Part shown: one piece after another, positions 14,944 to 24,034 of the stretch | Position numbering within the stretch: position 1 is the first letter of the stretch | Layout: the number at the start of each line of letters is the position of its first letter | Translations under genes and position numbers: made by a program | DNA from: Candidatus Methanophagales archaeon | GTDB lineage: Archaea; Halobacteriota; Syntropharchaeia; Alkanophagales; Methanospirareceae | Length of the DNA stretch: 39,708 nucleotides | Direction of reading: 5' to 3' | NCBI GenBank assembly: GCA_030612405.1 | Contig: JAUWNY010000001.1 | Coordinates: forward strand, 1-39,708 | Notes under the pieces: generated by a model | The model's database searches: none | What the model was told of the DNA's origin: nothing | The model's input: the letters and a program-made list of their open reading frames with translations, nothing else

Positions 14944-17346
14944 TTAGCTGCTATATTCCGCACACAAGACCTCTTTTATGTGCTCGGCTGTCTTTTTACC
15001 CACGTGTTCTACCTCCATCAATTCCTCCTTTGACGCCATTAAAATGCCTTCTACCGTTTTAAATCGTGTTAGCAGATTCCTTGTCGTTACAATACCGATG
15101 TTAGATAATGCAGAGATGAGATATTCCTGCTGCTCCCTTAAAGATGCCGAAGGTTTCTTACCATGTGGGTTCACCTCCGTTTTGTTCGGCATTTGCTCAC
15201 GCTTTGCGATCACGTAAATCAGCGATGCCGTGTCTGCTTCGTCCCTCGTTTGTAGTATAGGAACAGAGAAATCAATCGCTATGGTAGCCATTACGGCTCT
15301 CACCACATTTGGATGCACATTCCTCTGCCCATAAATCGAGTCACCTTCAATAACGAGCAAGGGGTTTTCGTACTCGCTCTTCATTCGATGTATCTGGTCG
15401 AACAAATTCCTGCGTTTGTTTATCAGCGAATCGAGGAAATCAAGCGTTGTTTTCCGCTCTATACAAACCCTATCTGAAACAACGTAGTCGCCAATCTCTA
15501 AATTCTGCAATTTCAGGTCTACACCTGCTTTCGCCAGGAACTTCGCTACTCCCGACCGCGTCTCTCTCATGTCTACAAAGATGGTTAATTGCAATGGCTC
15601 CGCACCAAACTCGGTTATCTGTCTCTGTTTTTGCTCCTCTTTTTGTTCACGATGCGGTGGTTTGACTTTGATTTTATCCTCTAAATTCGCTTTCACTTTC
15701 GCCGTTACTGTTTCCGCGACTTCATTTCCTATCCCGCCGCCCCCGCTGAGTTCACTTATCCTTCTCCTCATGGCCTGCTCCTTGCTCCTGCTGAGCCAGT
15801 AATATCCTTCATCTCTCGTTCCTTTTGCAATAAGCACGATTACTTTGCCTATTTTTTTCCTTGCAGTCCTTCCTTTTCTTTGTATGCTTCTTATCGCAGA
15901 AGGAATGGGCTCGTAGAACAGCACGAGGTCAGTCGCAGGAATATCCAGTCCCTCCTCAGCCACGGAAGTGGCAACCAAAACGTTGTAGACACCTTCCTTA
16001 AACTTATTTATTATTTCTACCTGCTCCTTTTGCGTTAATCCCTTATCGCCCACTTTTGACGCCTGTCCGATGAACTTAACCGCTTTTATTCCCTCCTTTT
16101 CTGAATTCAACCTGTGCAACGTTGATATAACCATCTCCGCAGTATCGCGGTAGTTAGTGAATACGATTATTCTTGTATCGGGATTAACCCTCATCTCCTC
16201 CTGCAGTATCCCTATCAGCGTGTTCAGCTTTGGATGCTCACCTTCGTATGATGCCACCAGGGACATCACATCCACGAACTTGTTATCCTTAAGCAACCGC
16301 TTTGCTGCCTTGCTCCCATCTCTTGAAAGTGCTTCACTCTTCAATCGGTCAAAATATTTTCTAACGGCGAAAATGCCCTGCGTCTCTATCAACTCAATCG
16401 CATGTTTTAGCTTCAATACTTCTGCTTGCAATGACAACGCCTTGTATAAGTCCGCATGCTTCCATTTTGCCAGTTGAATCTCTATTATCCGCCGTAATTG
16501 TAAAAGCTCTGTTTTTGATATGTCCCTGCCCCTCTTATTCTTTCTTATGAACCCGAGCTTTTGTAATTCCTTTAATCGCGTTTCCAATACGTCATCCAAG
16601 ACTCGTTTCAGGCGCTTTATCTCCTCAGGGACTTCTACACTACGCCATTCAAAGTTCTTCTTGAATACATAAGGGGCTACGTCGTGGTCGTATTCCGTCC
16701 TGCTTTCCACATGCTTTACACCTAAGGAAGTGCAAATTTCCCTTATCTTCTCCCTGTCACTGCCAGGCGAAGCGGTCATCCCCAATACCCGCGGCTCTTT
16801 CGCCTGTTCATAATATTTCTCCGCTATGTACACATACGAGTAGTTTCCCACTGCGCGGTGACATTCATCGAGTATTAGCAGCGCTATATCGCGGAGGGTG
16901 ACCCGGTTGCTCAGTAAATCGTTTTCTATTACCTGTGGCGTGGAAACGACTATTTTTGCAGCGTCCCATAACTTTTCTCGTTTATCCGCCGATATAGTAC
17001 CCGTGAACGTTTGTATAAGAGAAGCATCAAGGGTCATCACATCTTTTAAAAACGCCGAATGCTGTTCGACTAAAGGTCTCGTAGGAGCGAGGAAAAGAAT
17101 TTTTCCCTTCTTCAGCCGGTCTATCAGAACAAAAAGGGCTATGGTCGTCTTACCCAAGCCAGTAGGCAAAACAACCATCAATGAGTCCTTCTTCCCTGCT
17201 TCTGCAATAGAAATCTGGTATTTTCTCTGCTCCACCACCGCTTCCTTTAAAAGAGGATGTGATACGAATTTTGAGGTAGCGGTACTGGTACCGGCACTTG
17301 TAGTTACAGAAGAGTGAGTGGGAGAGGGTGCTTGATGGTTATGCAT
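14944..17346 (-). CDS. hef: Hef helicase-nuclease (FANCM/XPF-family: SF2 helicase + ERCC4 nuclease + HhH2)
   Basis: 800 aa. Helicase motifs LPTGLGKT, DECH, MTASP and QRKGRTAR. ERCC4 nuclease GDYVVSDRVCIERK. C-terminal HhH region. Confidence 0.9.
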   Translation of the reverse strand: MHNHQAPSPTHSSVTTSAGTSTATSKFVSHPLLKEAVVEQRKYQISIAEAGKKDSLMVVLPTGLGKTTIALFVLIDRLKKGKILFLAPTRPLVEQHSAFLKDVMTLDASLIQTFTGTISADKREKLWDAAKIVVSTPQVIENDLLSNRVTLRDIALLILDECHRAVGNYSYVYIAEKYYEQAKEPRVLGMTASPGSDREKIREICTSLGVKHVESRTEYDHDVAPYVFKKNFEWRSVEVPEEIKRLKRVLDDVLETRLKELQKLGFIRKNKRGRDISKTELLQLRRIIEIQLAKWKHADLYKALSLQAEVLKLKHAIELIETQGIFAVRKYFDRLKSEALSRDGSKAAKRLLKDNKFVDVMSLVASYEGEHPKLNTLIGILQEEMRVNPDTRIIVFTNYRDTAEMVISTLHRLNSEKEGIKAVKFIGQASKVGDKGLTQKEQVEIINKFKEGVYNVLVATSVAEEGLDIPATDLVLFYEPIPSAIRSIQRKGRTARKKIGKVIVLIAKGTRDEGYYWLSRSKEQAMRRRISELSGGGGIGNEVAETVTAKVKANLEDKIKVKPPHREQKEEQKQRQITEFGAEPLQLTIFVDMRETRSGVAKFLAKAGVDLKLQNLEIGDYVVSDRVCIERKTTLDFLDSLINKRRNLFDQIHRMKSEYENPLLVIEGDSIYGQRNVHPNVVRAVMATIAIDFSVPILQTRDEADTASLIYVIAKREQMPNKTEVNPHGKKPSASLREQQEYLISALSNIGIVTTRNLLTRFKTVEGILMASKEELMEVEHVGKKTAEHIKEVLCAEYSS

Positions 17347-17437
17347 AAGAATAAATATGCAAAGAGGTAAATAAATTTTATTAGGTTGGAGCTACTTAGA
17401 GAGTGAGAGGTTAAAGTTAAAGAGGGGGAAAGAAAAA

Positions 17438-17821
17438 ATGCGAGGTGGATTTAGAAAGGGGGTAAACCTGAGTCCTAAGAAATTAGACCAGATGATGAAA
17501 CAAGTGGGTCTAAGCGTAGAAGAGATGAACGACGTGGAGGAAGTAGTGATAAAAACAGCCGATGCAGAACTCGTTTTTGAGGATGCAACCGTTACGATTA
17601 TGGACGCTCAGGGCTCGAAGATGTATCAAATAACGGGTACGCCGGTAAAACGCCCTAAGCGCGAATTGGTGTCTGAGCAGGAACATGAAGTGAGTATTTC
17701 TGCTGAAGATGTGGAAATAGTGATGGAAAAAGCAGGTTGCGGTGCGGAAGAGGCAAAAGCCACGCTAATCGAGACACGAGGTGATTTAGCAGAGGCAATA
17801 TCCCGGCTTTGCGAGGAATGA
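17438..17821 (+). CDS. nac: Nascent polypeptide-associated complex protein (archaeal NAC)
   Basis: 127 aa. NAC domain (VVIKTADAELVFEDATVTIMDAQGSKMYQITG) plus a C-terminal UBA-like segment (EDVEIVMEKAGCGAEEAKATLIETRGDLAEAI). Confidence 0.9.
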   Translation: MRGGFRKGVNLSPKKLDQMMKQVGLSVEEMNDVEEVVIKTADAELVFEDATVTIMDAQGSKMYQITGTPVKRPKRELVSEQEHEVSISAEDVEIVMEKAGCGAEEAKATLIETRGDLAEAISRLCEE

Positions 17822-18654
17822 ACTTGGTTCAACCAAAACGAATTGGGATGGTGTGCAGGGGCGAGGAGCGAGATGTAGCAGTGTTAAAGCGTCTGATTGA
17901 GTGCGTGGATAAACGAGCTGAAGTCATACTGGATAGAGAGACGGCGAAAAAGCTCAAAAGACAAAATCAAGGCATGAGGATAGAAGATATGTCGGTAGAT
18001 TTTTTGATTTGCGTTGGTGGTGACGGCACGATTCTAAGAACGCTTCATTATTTGAAAACTCCTACGCCTGTATTGGGTATAAATATGGGTGCTATCGGTT
18101 TTTTAGCGGAGGTGCAGCCAGAAGATGCGGTTTCTGTACTCACCGAGCTATTAGAAGGGTTTACGGTAGAGAAGCGAGAGCGGCTTTCGGTGGAGCTAAA
18201 AGGCGAAAGAGGACGGATGCCCTATGCGATGAACGAAGCGGTGATAATAACGTCAAAACCCGGGAAAATGCTGCATTTCGCTATTTTTGTGGATGGTGAA
18301 GAGTTAGAACGACTAAGAGCAGATGGTGTTGTTTTCGCAACGCCCACAGGAAGCACTGCGTATGCGATGTCCGCTGGCGGGCCAATAGTGGACCCAAAAG
18401 TAGATGCAGTCATAATAGTGCCAATTGCACCTTTTAAACTTTCTGCAAGACCTACTATCGTGGACATAAACACAGTGATAAGTTTAGAGCTTCTGGGGAT
18501 GAAGGAAGCAGAATTAGTCATAGACGGGCAGTTTTACAGGAAGGTGGGCAAAGAAGAGAGGGTAAGCATTACGCGAGGAGAACCTGCTTTTTTTGTGAAA
18601 ACAGAGGATAGGCATTTTTTAAAACTCCAGGATAAATTGCGAAGTGAGGGGTAA
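17809..18654 (+). CDS. nadK: NAD kinase
   Basis: 281 aa. GGDGT motif (ICVGGDGTILR), NxGxxGFL (INMGAIGFLAE), and TPTGSTAYAMSAGGPIV. Confidence 0.9.
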   Translation: MRGMNLVQPKRIGMVCRGEERDVAVLKRLIECVDKRAEVILDRETAKKLKRQNQGMRIEDMSVDFLICVGGDGTILRTLHYLKTPTPVLGINMGAIGFLAEVQPEDAVSVLTELLEGFTVEKRERLSVELKGERGRMPYAMNEAVIITSKPGKMLHFAIFVDGEELERLRADGVVFATPTGSTAYAMSAGGPIVDPKVDAVIIVPIAPFKLSARPTIVDINTVISLELLGMKEAELVIDGQFYRKVGKEERVSITRGEPAFFVKTEDRHFLKLQDKLRSEG

Positions 18655-18667
18655 TAAATTGCAAATA

Positions 18668-18750
18668 TTAAACCACGAGATTTCACGAGATTAACACAAG
18701 ACCAGAAATCTGAGATTTTTCTCGTGAAAATCTGTGTAATCCTGTGGTTA
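18668..18750. repeat. Hairpin-forming pair of repeat units (degenerate left copy plus full 31-nt right copy at 18720-18750)
   Basis: ttaaaccacgagatttcacgaga...tctcgtgaaaatctgtgtaatcctgtggtta. The segments tcacgaga and tctcgtga are perfectly complementary. It sits in a convergent intergenic region. Confidence 0.7.
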
Positions 18751-18771
18751 CTTTTTGGAACGACTATAAAC

Positions 18772-18978
18772 TCAAAACCAGCTAAAAACCCACCAAAAAC
18801 TCATCATCAAAATGCCTGAAAACAATGGTATCGTTAGATTATCGTCTATTGTTACTCCGTAAACTCTTAAAGGCACGCCATCTGCTATTACCGCGACAAT
18901 CGCGCCAAAAACCGCCACGGGTAACGAGTGGAGAACGAAATACCCGATTATAAATGAAACCGCGAACATAACCAGCAT
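18772..18978 (-). CDS. Small hydrophobic membrane protein (68 aa from an internal Met), function unknown
   Basis: The track ORF 18772..19035 would overlap the pan stop. The Met at 18978 begins two predicted TM helices (MLVMFAVSFIIGYFVL..., LFSGILMMSFWWVFSWF). Confidence 0.4.
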   Translation of the reverse strand: MLVMFAVSFIIGYFVLHSLPVAVFGAIVAVIADGVPLRVYGVTIDDNLTIPLFSGILMMSFWWVFSWF

Positions 18979-19003
18979 CACTTCGGGTGGCTTTATCCTT
19001 TTT

Positions 19004-20314
19004 TCATGCGAACATCGCGCCCGTCTCCTTAGCATATAGATGAGGCTTCTGCTCGTCCCCTATTATCTTCGTTATTGCTTGCTCGAACTCTTCCATTTCT
19101 ATTGATTTCTTATTCCTTTTCACGGCGAACATGCCCGCTTCGGTAGATATCGCCTTTATATCAGCACCCGTGGCATTTTCAGTAAGTGCCGCCAGAGTAT
19201 CTAATTCTACATCCTTTCCTAATTTCATCTTAGACGTGTGTATGCGGAATATTTCCTCCCTCGCTTTCCTATCAGGCACCGGTATTTCGATGATACGGTC
19301 AAATCGGCCGGGACGAAGTAAAGCAGGGTCGAGAATATCGGGTCGGTTTGTCGCAGCTATTATTCTCACATCACCTCTTGGATTGAACCCATCAATCTCG
19401 GCTAAAAGCTGCATCATCGTGCGCTGCACTTCACGCTCACCTGTCGTGCCGTCCTCTACTCTGCGAGCCGCTACTGCATCTAACTCGTCAATAAACAGTA
19501 TGGTTGGGGCTTTTTCCTTTGCCAGTGCAAAAAGCTCCCGCACCAATCTCGCACCTTCACCGATATATTTCTGCACCAGTTCAGAACCAACGACACGTAT
19601 AAAAGTAGCAGATGTACGATGTGCAACTGCTTTGGCAAGCAGCGTTTTCCCCGTGCCGGGCAATCCAGTCAGAAGAACACCCTTTGGTGGCTCCACACCT
19701 ATGCGTTCAAATTGCTCTGGAGCCGTAAGCGGCAGCTCGACTACTTCCTTTATTTCCTCTATCTGCTCATTTAACCCGCCTATCATATTGTAATCCACTT
19801 CGGGCGATTCTATCAGTTCCATACCGTACACGGAAGGGTCTTTTGCCGAAGGCAGTACGCTAACCACAGCCAACGACTGCGGATTCAGCCCCACCTGCGT
19901 GCCGGGCGCAGCTTCTTTGGGGTCTATGAACTGCGAGTAATTTACAACGAATTTTGGTCCTGCGCTGCTCCTTACCACTATCCTTTTATCATCTATTACA
20001 TCCACAACAGTTCCTATTACCAGAGGCGGAGTACGCAGCTTTTCTATCTCTGCCCTCAACTTCTTTATCTCGCGCTCATACCGATTTCTCAACTCCTCGC
20101 GATACCTTTCTTCTCGCTCTAACTTCTGCACCCTATCCGTCAACTGGTTGTTTACTTCCTCTAACCGTCGCACCATATCCGCCAGGTATCGGGGATAATC
20201 ACCGCCGCCGTAGGCGGCACCTGCACCTGCACTTGCACCCACACCCACACTGCTACTGCTGATACGGTTGCTATTACCACTGCTAACGCTCGCTTTCATT
20301 TTGACCACAATCAC
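19004..20314 (-). CDS. pan: Proteasome-activating nucleotidase (AAA+ ATPase)
   Basis: 436 aa. N-terminal coiled coil, OB segment, Walker A GLPGTGKT, Walker B ILFIDELD, second region of homology [20 protein letters not shown]. Confidence 0.95.
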   Translation of the reverse strand: MIVVKMKASVSSGNSNRISSSSVGVGASAGAGAAYGGGDYPRYLADMVRRLEEVNNQLTDRVQKLEREERYREELRNRYEREIKKLRAEIEKLRTPPLVIGTVVDVIDDKRIVVRSSAGPKFVVNYSQFIDPKEAAPGTQVGLNPQSLAVVSVLPSAKDPSVYGMELIESPEVDYNMIGGLNEQIEEIKEVVELPLTAPEQFERIGVEPPKGVLLTGLPGTGKTLLAKAVAHRTSATFIRVVGSELVQKYIGEGARLVRELFALAKEKAPTILFIDELDAVAARRVEDGTTGEREVQRTMMQLLAEIDGFNPRGDVRIIAATNRPDILDPALLRPGRFDRIIEIPVPDRKAREEIFRIHTSKMKLGKDVELDTLAALTENATGADIKAISTEAGMFAVKRNKKSIEMEEFEQAITKIIGDEQKPHLYAKETGAMFA

Positions 20315-20375
20315 TCACAATTAATATTTACTTCTCTACTTCACGCCTATATAAATGAATACAGAAAATAAATAG

Positions 20376-20861
20376 ATGGAAATTATGCCTTATATACAAA
20401 AACAAATGGAAATAAAATCCAAGGCACAGTGCGAGATATGTGGCACGGAAATAAAAGGTGAGGTATACCGCATAAGAATAGATGCGTCAGAGTTGAGCGT
20501 TTGTAAATCCTGCGCACGGCTTGGAACAGTTGTAGAGGGAGCCAAGAAAGGAAATGAAGTGCTGGAATCGCAGCACGCTAATTCCAGTGTCAATGGCAAG
20601 CCCAAAAGAAAGCCGATTTCAAAATTATATACGCAAATTGACCACGAGATAGAAGCGGAGATGGAAATTGATGCGGTGGAAGAGGATTACGGGCGTAAGA
20701 TAAAAGAATCGCGAGAAAAGGCAGGGCTGAAACAAGCAGAACTTGCACAGAAGATAAATGAAAGGCACTCGTTGCTACGGAAGATAGAAAATGAGGAGCT
20801 AATGCCCGGCGAAGAGATAAGGAAAAAAATCGAACGTGCGCTTAAAGGTTTTTTGGTCTGA
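20376..20861 (+). CDS. Archaeal multiprotein-bridging factor 1 (Zn-ribbon + XRE-type HTH)
   Basis: 161 aa. Zn ribbon CEICG...CKSCA at the N-terminus. The HTH is RKIKESREKAGLKQAELAQKINERHSLLRKIENEE. Confidence 0.8.
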   Translation: MEIMPYIQKQMEIKSKAQCEICGTEIKGEVYRIRIDASELSVCKSCARLGTVVEGAKKGNEVLESQHANSSVNGKPKRKPISKLYTQIDHEIEAEMEIDAVEEDYGRKIKESREKAGLKQAELAQKINERHSLLRKIENEELMPGEEIRKKIERALKGFLV

Positions 20862-20874
20862 GCGTTTGTTTCAT

Positions 20875-21330
20875 TTAGAACGTTGTTTCAAGTGGTTTTA
20901 ACAGGCTGAGTAAGGTCATGCTGACAATTATGCATATCGCTAACGTAGAAATGAACACATCCATTCCTCCAACTGCGTTAATGCCGCCTCGTTGTATGTA
21001 TTTTATACCTGCCAACGTTGTAACGAAAGCAAAAGTTGCGCATACGGCAAGGAACAAGCCTTTAAGAAGCGATTGATAGCTCTGTTCCCATTTCCGCTTC
21101 TTCTTCACCCGCTCCTTTTCTCTCTCTTTCGACTCATAAAACACGGTGAAAACAACGAAGAAGACCGCGAGAAGCAACAAAATAAAGTGTTTGGGAATTG
21201 TTTTCTCACCCTCAGAAAACGACACCAAGCCAAAGGCTATGAAAAGCATGAGCCCTGCGAGTGCGGTGGACAGAGCAAGCGTTTCCAGATATTTTTTATA
21301 GCTCTCTATCCCTTTTAGTTTTGATAACAT
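20875..21330 (-). CDS. Integral membrane protein (about 4 TM segments), unknown function
   Basis: 151 aa. Four hydrophobic stretches are separated by a KEREKERVKKKRKWEQ loop. Confidence 0.55.
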   Translation of the reverse strand: MLSKLKGIESYKKYLETLALSTALAGLMLFIAFGLVSFSEGEKTIPKHFILLLLAVFFVVFTVFYESKEREKERVKKKRKWEQSYQSLLKGLFLAVCATFAFVTTLAGIKYIQRGGINAVGGMDVFISTLAICIIVSMTLLSLLKPLETTF

Positions 21331-21399
21331 TTTTCTTCTCTCGTTGTATATAAGGCATGATTTATAGTTTCAGAAATATTAAACTTATGACGAAAAAAG

Positions 21400-22140
21400 A
21401 TGATTCGCGTTTCCCAGTTGGTTAAATATTATAATGGTCTGAAAGCATTAGAGGACGTTTCTTTCCATGTCAGAGAAGGAGAGATTTTCGGACTGCTCGG
21501 TCCAAACGGTGCAGGAAAAACTACACTCGTCGGAATACTCACCACGGAAATTAAACCTACCCATGGGACAGCTCGGATAAAGGGAATTGATGTAGTAAAC
21601 GATCCGTTAGCCGTTAAACACCTTATAGGAGTTGTCCCTCAGCATCGAAGCCTGGATAGAAAGCTTACAGCAAGAGAAAACATGCTGGTAATGGCAAGAG
21701 CGTATGGCATTAAAAATCCAAGGAAGAGGGCAGGGGATCTTCTCTCCTTAGTGGGACTTGCGGATAGAGCAGAGGGCGGGATAAGAGAGTATTCAGGTGG
21801 TATGCTGCAAAAGCTTCTTGTTGCTCGCGCTTTAATACACGACCCCAAAATTCTTTTCCTGGATGAACCCACCTTGGGTCTTGACCCACAAGCACGAATA
21901 GCAATCTGGGAAGAAATTCTGCGACTTAAGGATGAGGGAAAGACCATGATTCTTACTACCCACTATATGGAAGAAGCGGACCGTCTATGTGACAGGGTTG
22001 CTATCATGAACCAGGGAAAAATAGTGAAGGAAGGGACCCCCGAAAATCTAAAAAAAGGACTGAAGGTATATGGACTTCATTCACGAGAGCCAACTTTGGA
22101 AGATGTTTTCATAAATCTGACTGGAGGGAGACTAAAATGA
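21400..22140 (+). CDS. ABC transporter ATP-binding protein (ABC-2/DrrA-type exporter)
   Basis: 246 aa. Walker A GPNGAGKTT, signature YSGGMLQK, Walker B ILFLDEPT. Confidence 0.9.
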   Translation: MIRVSQLVKYYNGLKALEDVSFHVREGEIFGLLGPNGAGKTTLVGILTTEIKPTHGTARIKGIDVVNDPLAVKHLIGVVPQHRSLDRKLTARENMLVMARAYGIKNPRKRAGDLLSLVGLADRAEGGIREYSGGMLQKLLVARALIHDPKILFLDEPTLGLDPQARIAIWEEILRLKDEGKTMILTTHYMEEADRLCDRVAIMNQGKIVKEGTPENLKKGLKVYGLHSREPTLEDVFINLTGGRLK

Positions 22141-22931
22141 ATCTAAAAAGAGCAAAATGGAGTTTTAATGCCGCAGTGGCAATTTTCAGGAGAGATATGC
22201 ATGTTTTCTGGAAAGAAATAGGAGGAAATCTACTCCGTATAATCGGCGAGCCACTCTTTTTCCTGTTTGTGTTTGGAGTCCTTCTTCCCAAGTTAAATCT
22301 GTTCCGAGCAGGATATATAGAAATCCTTGTCCCTGGGATAATCTCCATGTCTACCATGACAGGCAGTATGAGGGGGGTGGCAGCAGGAATTAGCCTGAGT
22401 TTTGAGTATAATGAAGAGATTAGAGCACATATTCTCACGCCTATAACTATGAGAACTCTCGCTCTTGAAAAAATAATATGTGGCACATTTCAGGGTATCG
22501 TCTCCGGAACAATAGTCCTGGCTTTAGCCTTGATAATCTTTCCAGGAAAGTTTTCCTTTTCCTCTCTTTTTTTCTTTGAACTTCTTCTGATTTTCATAGC
22601 TTCAGGAATAACTTTTGCCTCCCTTGGTCTTGCATTAGGCTCTTCCTTTATCCCGGAGACCATGTTTGAAGTGCTGTTTATTATCATGATGCCAATGATG
22701 TTCTTTGGGGCTACTTTCTATCCTCTATCTCTTCTCCCTGAGGTGCACCCCGCCTTTTTCTACCTCACACTTTTTATTCCTTTAACTTATATAAGCGAGG
22801 GAATTCGTGCAATTCTCACCCCTGAAATTGCTTTTCTTCCTGCCATTTACTGTTTTATAGGAATAGGAGTTTACTTTCTCATTTTCTTTTCCCTGGGCGT
22901 GTGGGCTTTTAAGAGAAGAGCAATAAAATAA
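22137..22931 (+). CDS. ABC-2 type transporter permease
   Basis: 264 aa with six hydrophobic segments. A 4-nt start/stop overlap with the ATPase gene. Confidence 0.85.
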   Translation: MNLKRAKWSFNAAVAIFRRDMHVFWKEIGGNLLRIIGEPLFFLFVFGVLLPKLNLFRAGYIEILVPGIISMSTMTGSMRGVAAGISLSFEYNEEIRAHILTPITMRTLALEKIICGTFQGIVSGTIVLALALIIFPGKFSFSSLFFFELLLIFIASGITFASLGLALGSSFIPETMFEVLFIIMMPMMFFGATFYPLSLLPEVHPAFFYLTLFIPLTYISEGIRAILTPEIAFLPAIYCFIGIGVYFLIFFSLGVWAFKRRAIK

Positions 22932-23003
22932 CCCTCTGAAACGCAGTATAGTATCATAATTTCCTTCATAGAGCAGATTGAAAGTAAGAAAAAAATAGAA
23001 AAC

Positions 23004-23014
23004 TTTATATATAT
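23004..23014 (+). promoter_or_regulatory. TATA-box-like element tttatatatat upstream of the big operon
   Basis: It is the only strong A/T box in the 241-bp gap 22932-23172. It lies about 160 nt upstream of the ATG at 23173, which implies a long purine-rich leader. Confidence 0.25.
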
Positions 23015-23172
23015 CCTCAACAATAAAAATGCAATACGTTATCTTCAGGATAAAATAAGAGTAAAGGTGTGAAAATGAAAGCAAAAAGGGTGAAGTTGGT
23101 AACGATGCCCTTTGCGTGGTGTGAATGCGTGAAGGGGGTAAAAAGGGGAGGTGATGAAAAAGGGGAATAAAA

Positions 23173-24033
23173 ATGGACATAATAAAAGAGACAATAAAAG
23201 AGACGGAGAATCTGGGTATAAGTGCAACTCTTTCAAACGTAGTTATCACCAGGTTTGGTCCGTGGACGTTGAGCTATGTGAGATACGATGATGGTGAACT
23301 CGGATGCGGATGTGCGAACAATGAAGCGGAGAGATGGGGAATTCCAGAAGATGCATCGTTTATAAAAGACCTGCTCAATTTGAATGCTTACGATGCCGTA
23401 GACAAACTGGCGAGTTTAGAGAACAGCGTATTCATAAACTCGCTAAGGACTTCAATAACCTCTGCTCTCTCTTATAGGTTAATGAACGATGGAAACGAAT
23501 TGAAAAAAGAGGGATATGATGCTGAAGCCTACTATGCTCCAACCACTGCTCTTTTAGACCCTTCAAGATTTGTGAAAACGTTGGATAAAGTAGCGATAGT
23601 TGGTTTTCCCTCGTGGGCTATACACCTATATGCTGAGGTTGCAAATGAAGTGCGTGTTACCGAACTTATGGATTTGAAGCAGTTATCTGTTATTGATTTC
23701 GATGCTGATGAGGACTCAAACGTAAAAATATTTCCCGCTGATACGAATAAGGAAGTTCTAAGTAAGGCTGATGTTGTTTACCTAACTGGTGATACCGTAG
23801 TGAACGGCACAATAAATGAAATTCTCGAGTGCTCCAAAAATGCCAGATTACGAATAATCTACGGACCCTCATCGGCTTTTTATCCAAAGGTGCTTTTTGA
23901 ACGAGGTGTGGACGTTTCTTTGCCTATAATCTTTCCAAATACACCGGAGTTCAAAAGACGATTTGCACTAAGTCGAGGTTATTGGTATTTTATGAGGGAT
24001 GTAAAACAAATGTTAATAAAAAGGAGGGGATAA
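23173..24033 (+). CDS. DUF4213/DUF364 family protein ('putative heavy-metal chelation' enolase-N-like + Rossmann-like fold), copy 1
   Basis: 286 aa. N-terminal YVRYDDGELGCGCA (DUF4213-like). C-terminal VAIVGF...FPADTNKEVLSKADVVYLTGDTVVNGT...IIYGPSSAFYPKVLFERGVDV matches the DUF364 pattern. Confidence 0.7.
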   Translation: MDIIKETIKETENLGISATLSNVVITRFGPWTLSYVRYDDGELGCGCANNEAERWGIPEDASFIKDLLNLNAYDAVDKLASLENSVFINSLRTSITSALSYRLMNDGNELKKEGYDAEAYYAPTTALLDPSRFVKTLDKVAIVGFPSWAIHLYAEVANEVRVTELMDLKQLSVIDFDADEDSNVKIFPADTNKEVLSKADVVYLTGDTVVNGTINEILECSKNARLRIIYGPSSAFYPKVLFERGVDVSLPIIFPNTPEFKRRFALSRGYWYFMRDVKQMLIKRRG

Positions 24034-24034
24034 T

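Noticed and set aside
11836-18771. tRNA or other small structured RNA genes in the intergenic gaps (11836-11945, 13509-13665, 14038-14117, 17347-17437, 18655-18771)
   Set aside because: I found no acceptor-stem or T-loop (GTTCRANNC) architecture. The only structured segments are the repeat hairpins, which are reported separately.
19131-19793. Plus-strand 220-aa ORF
   Set aside because: It is entirely antisense to the strongly supported pan gene and has a Ser-rich low-complexity translation.
22782-23249. Minus-strand ORFs 22782..23249 and 25439..25735, which share the N-termini MITTFERVALIPRF / MMTTFERVAFIPRF
   Set aside because: Their similarity is only the antisense mirror of the duplicated DUF364 5' ends. 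Neither has an independent coding signature.
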